A DNA stretch of 64,000 nt from Torpedo marmorata (lineage: Eukaryota): contig OZ360236.1 in the NCBI GenBank assembly GCA_977017645.1, positions 4,898,001 through 4,962,000 of the forward strand. The letters run 5' to 3'. Numbering within the stretch: the first letter of the stretch is position 1; every line of letters starts with the position of its first letter. The position numbers were made by a program, and so were the translations under genes. Shown piece by piece: positions 63,212-64,000 of the stretch. The notes beneath the pieces are model-generated. The model saw only the letters and a list, made by a program, of their open reading frames with translations, made no database searches and had not been told where the DNA came from.

Positions 63212-64000
63212 GACGTAGAAGCTGACTGTTCGCCTGCTGTGTGTGCAATGTTGGTCCATCTCTTGGCTTGCTGCAATGCCACCACTGGCCATCTCCGAGC
63301 CTCTGCACTCAGCACTAAGTGCTTCTTTACAACGTAGTCACTGGCTGTAAAGCAGCATGGTTTTGGTGAGGAAAGGCCCAGCAATGAAGAATTCTACCTT
63401 ATTTACAGAGCTCCAAAAGAGAAGGTCAGCCCTCCACATAATTGACCGAACACGTTTATTTTACAAAACCGACCGCTGGATGGTGACTTGATTTGTTCTT
63501 CGACGGTTTTATTTTTCTTGGAGCTTCCTAAGAAACACTTGGATCCAGGGGTTCTCTTTCATCATTCCAGTCCACATTGCGTCGACTTTGGATAGGAATC
63601 GCCGCCAGGAGAACCCTTCCCCTTTCGTGATCGGAGATCCAGCCCACCCATCGAACGGGAAGGAATAGTGACTTCGGTATGAAGACTCGCCCAGAATGGC
63701 ACTGAAACCTTCAAGCCATTTTGTATCTAGTCGTTACACTTTGGAGTTCAAGACAAGTTTGCTGAAGTTGGGACCGTTAACTTAAAATAGTTCCTCTAGC
63801 TGTTGATGACGGATGACATTGGAGTTGGAGCCATCAGCAAACTTTACATTGGATGCTGAGATCACCTCTGTTGCATAATTTGGATGAACTCTTGGATTTC
63901 GGTGGGAGCAACAATCCAGAGTTTCACTGTAAATTGGATATTGGGTCTGCACACTTCCTCTCCTCTCCCTCCCTTCCAGTTTTTCCGTTCGCACCTCTCT

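Noticed and set aside
63782-63994. Minus-strand ORF containing VKFADG
   Set aside because: At most a decayed LINE KFADD remnant; no gene structure.
1-64000. CRISPR arrays, operons or prokaryotic/viral systems
   Set aside because: No regularly spaced repeats or gene-dense segments; the sequence is a spliced vertebrate locus.

Overview
Vertebrate genomic DNA, AT-rich and repeat-dense. The mix of V-SINE/HE1-like SINEs, CR1, Rex1/Babar and Penelope elements suggests a cartilaginous fish (shark or ray); the taxon is an inference. The window lies inside one plus-strand gene, DIDO1. Ten internal coding exons (2249-48917) join through GT-AG sites with consistent phases into about 725 codons, covering the post-PHD linker, the TFIIS-M domain, the DTTxxHxxHLFDLNCxIC motif and most of the SPOC domain. 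The PHD exons lie upstream, and I found no further DIDO1 exon between 48918 and 64000. Introns contain CR1, Rex/Babar and L1 fragments, a young 5'-truncated Penelope element with hammerhead-like fold-back derivatives, tRNA- and 5S-derived SINEs, and Tc2/Tigger/hAT MITEs. Best leads: a candidate intronic box C/D RNA (34185-34338), a U12-type 5' splice site whose best branch motif sits one intron downstream, two candidate truncating events around the first exon, a decayed exon copy inside a CR1 remnant, a composite hAT MITE and a 5S-derived SINE. Repeat boundaries are by eye; most listed ORFs are chance or TE-derived.
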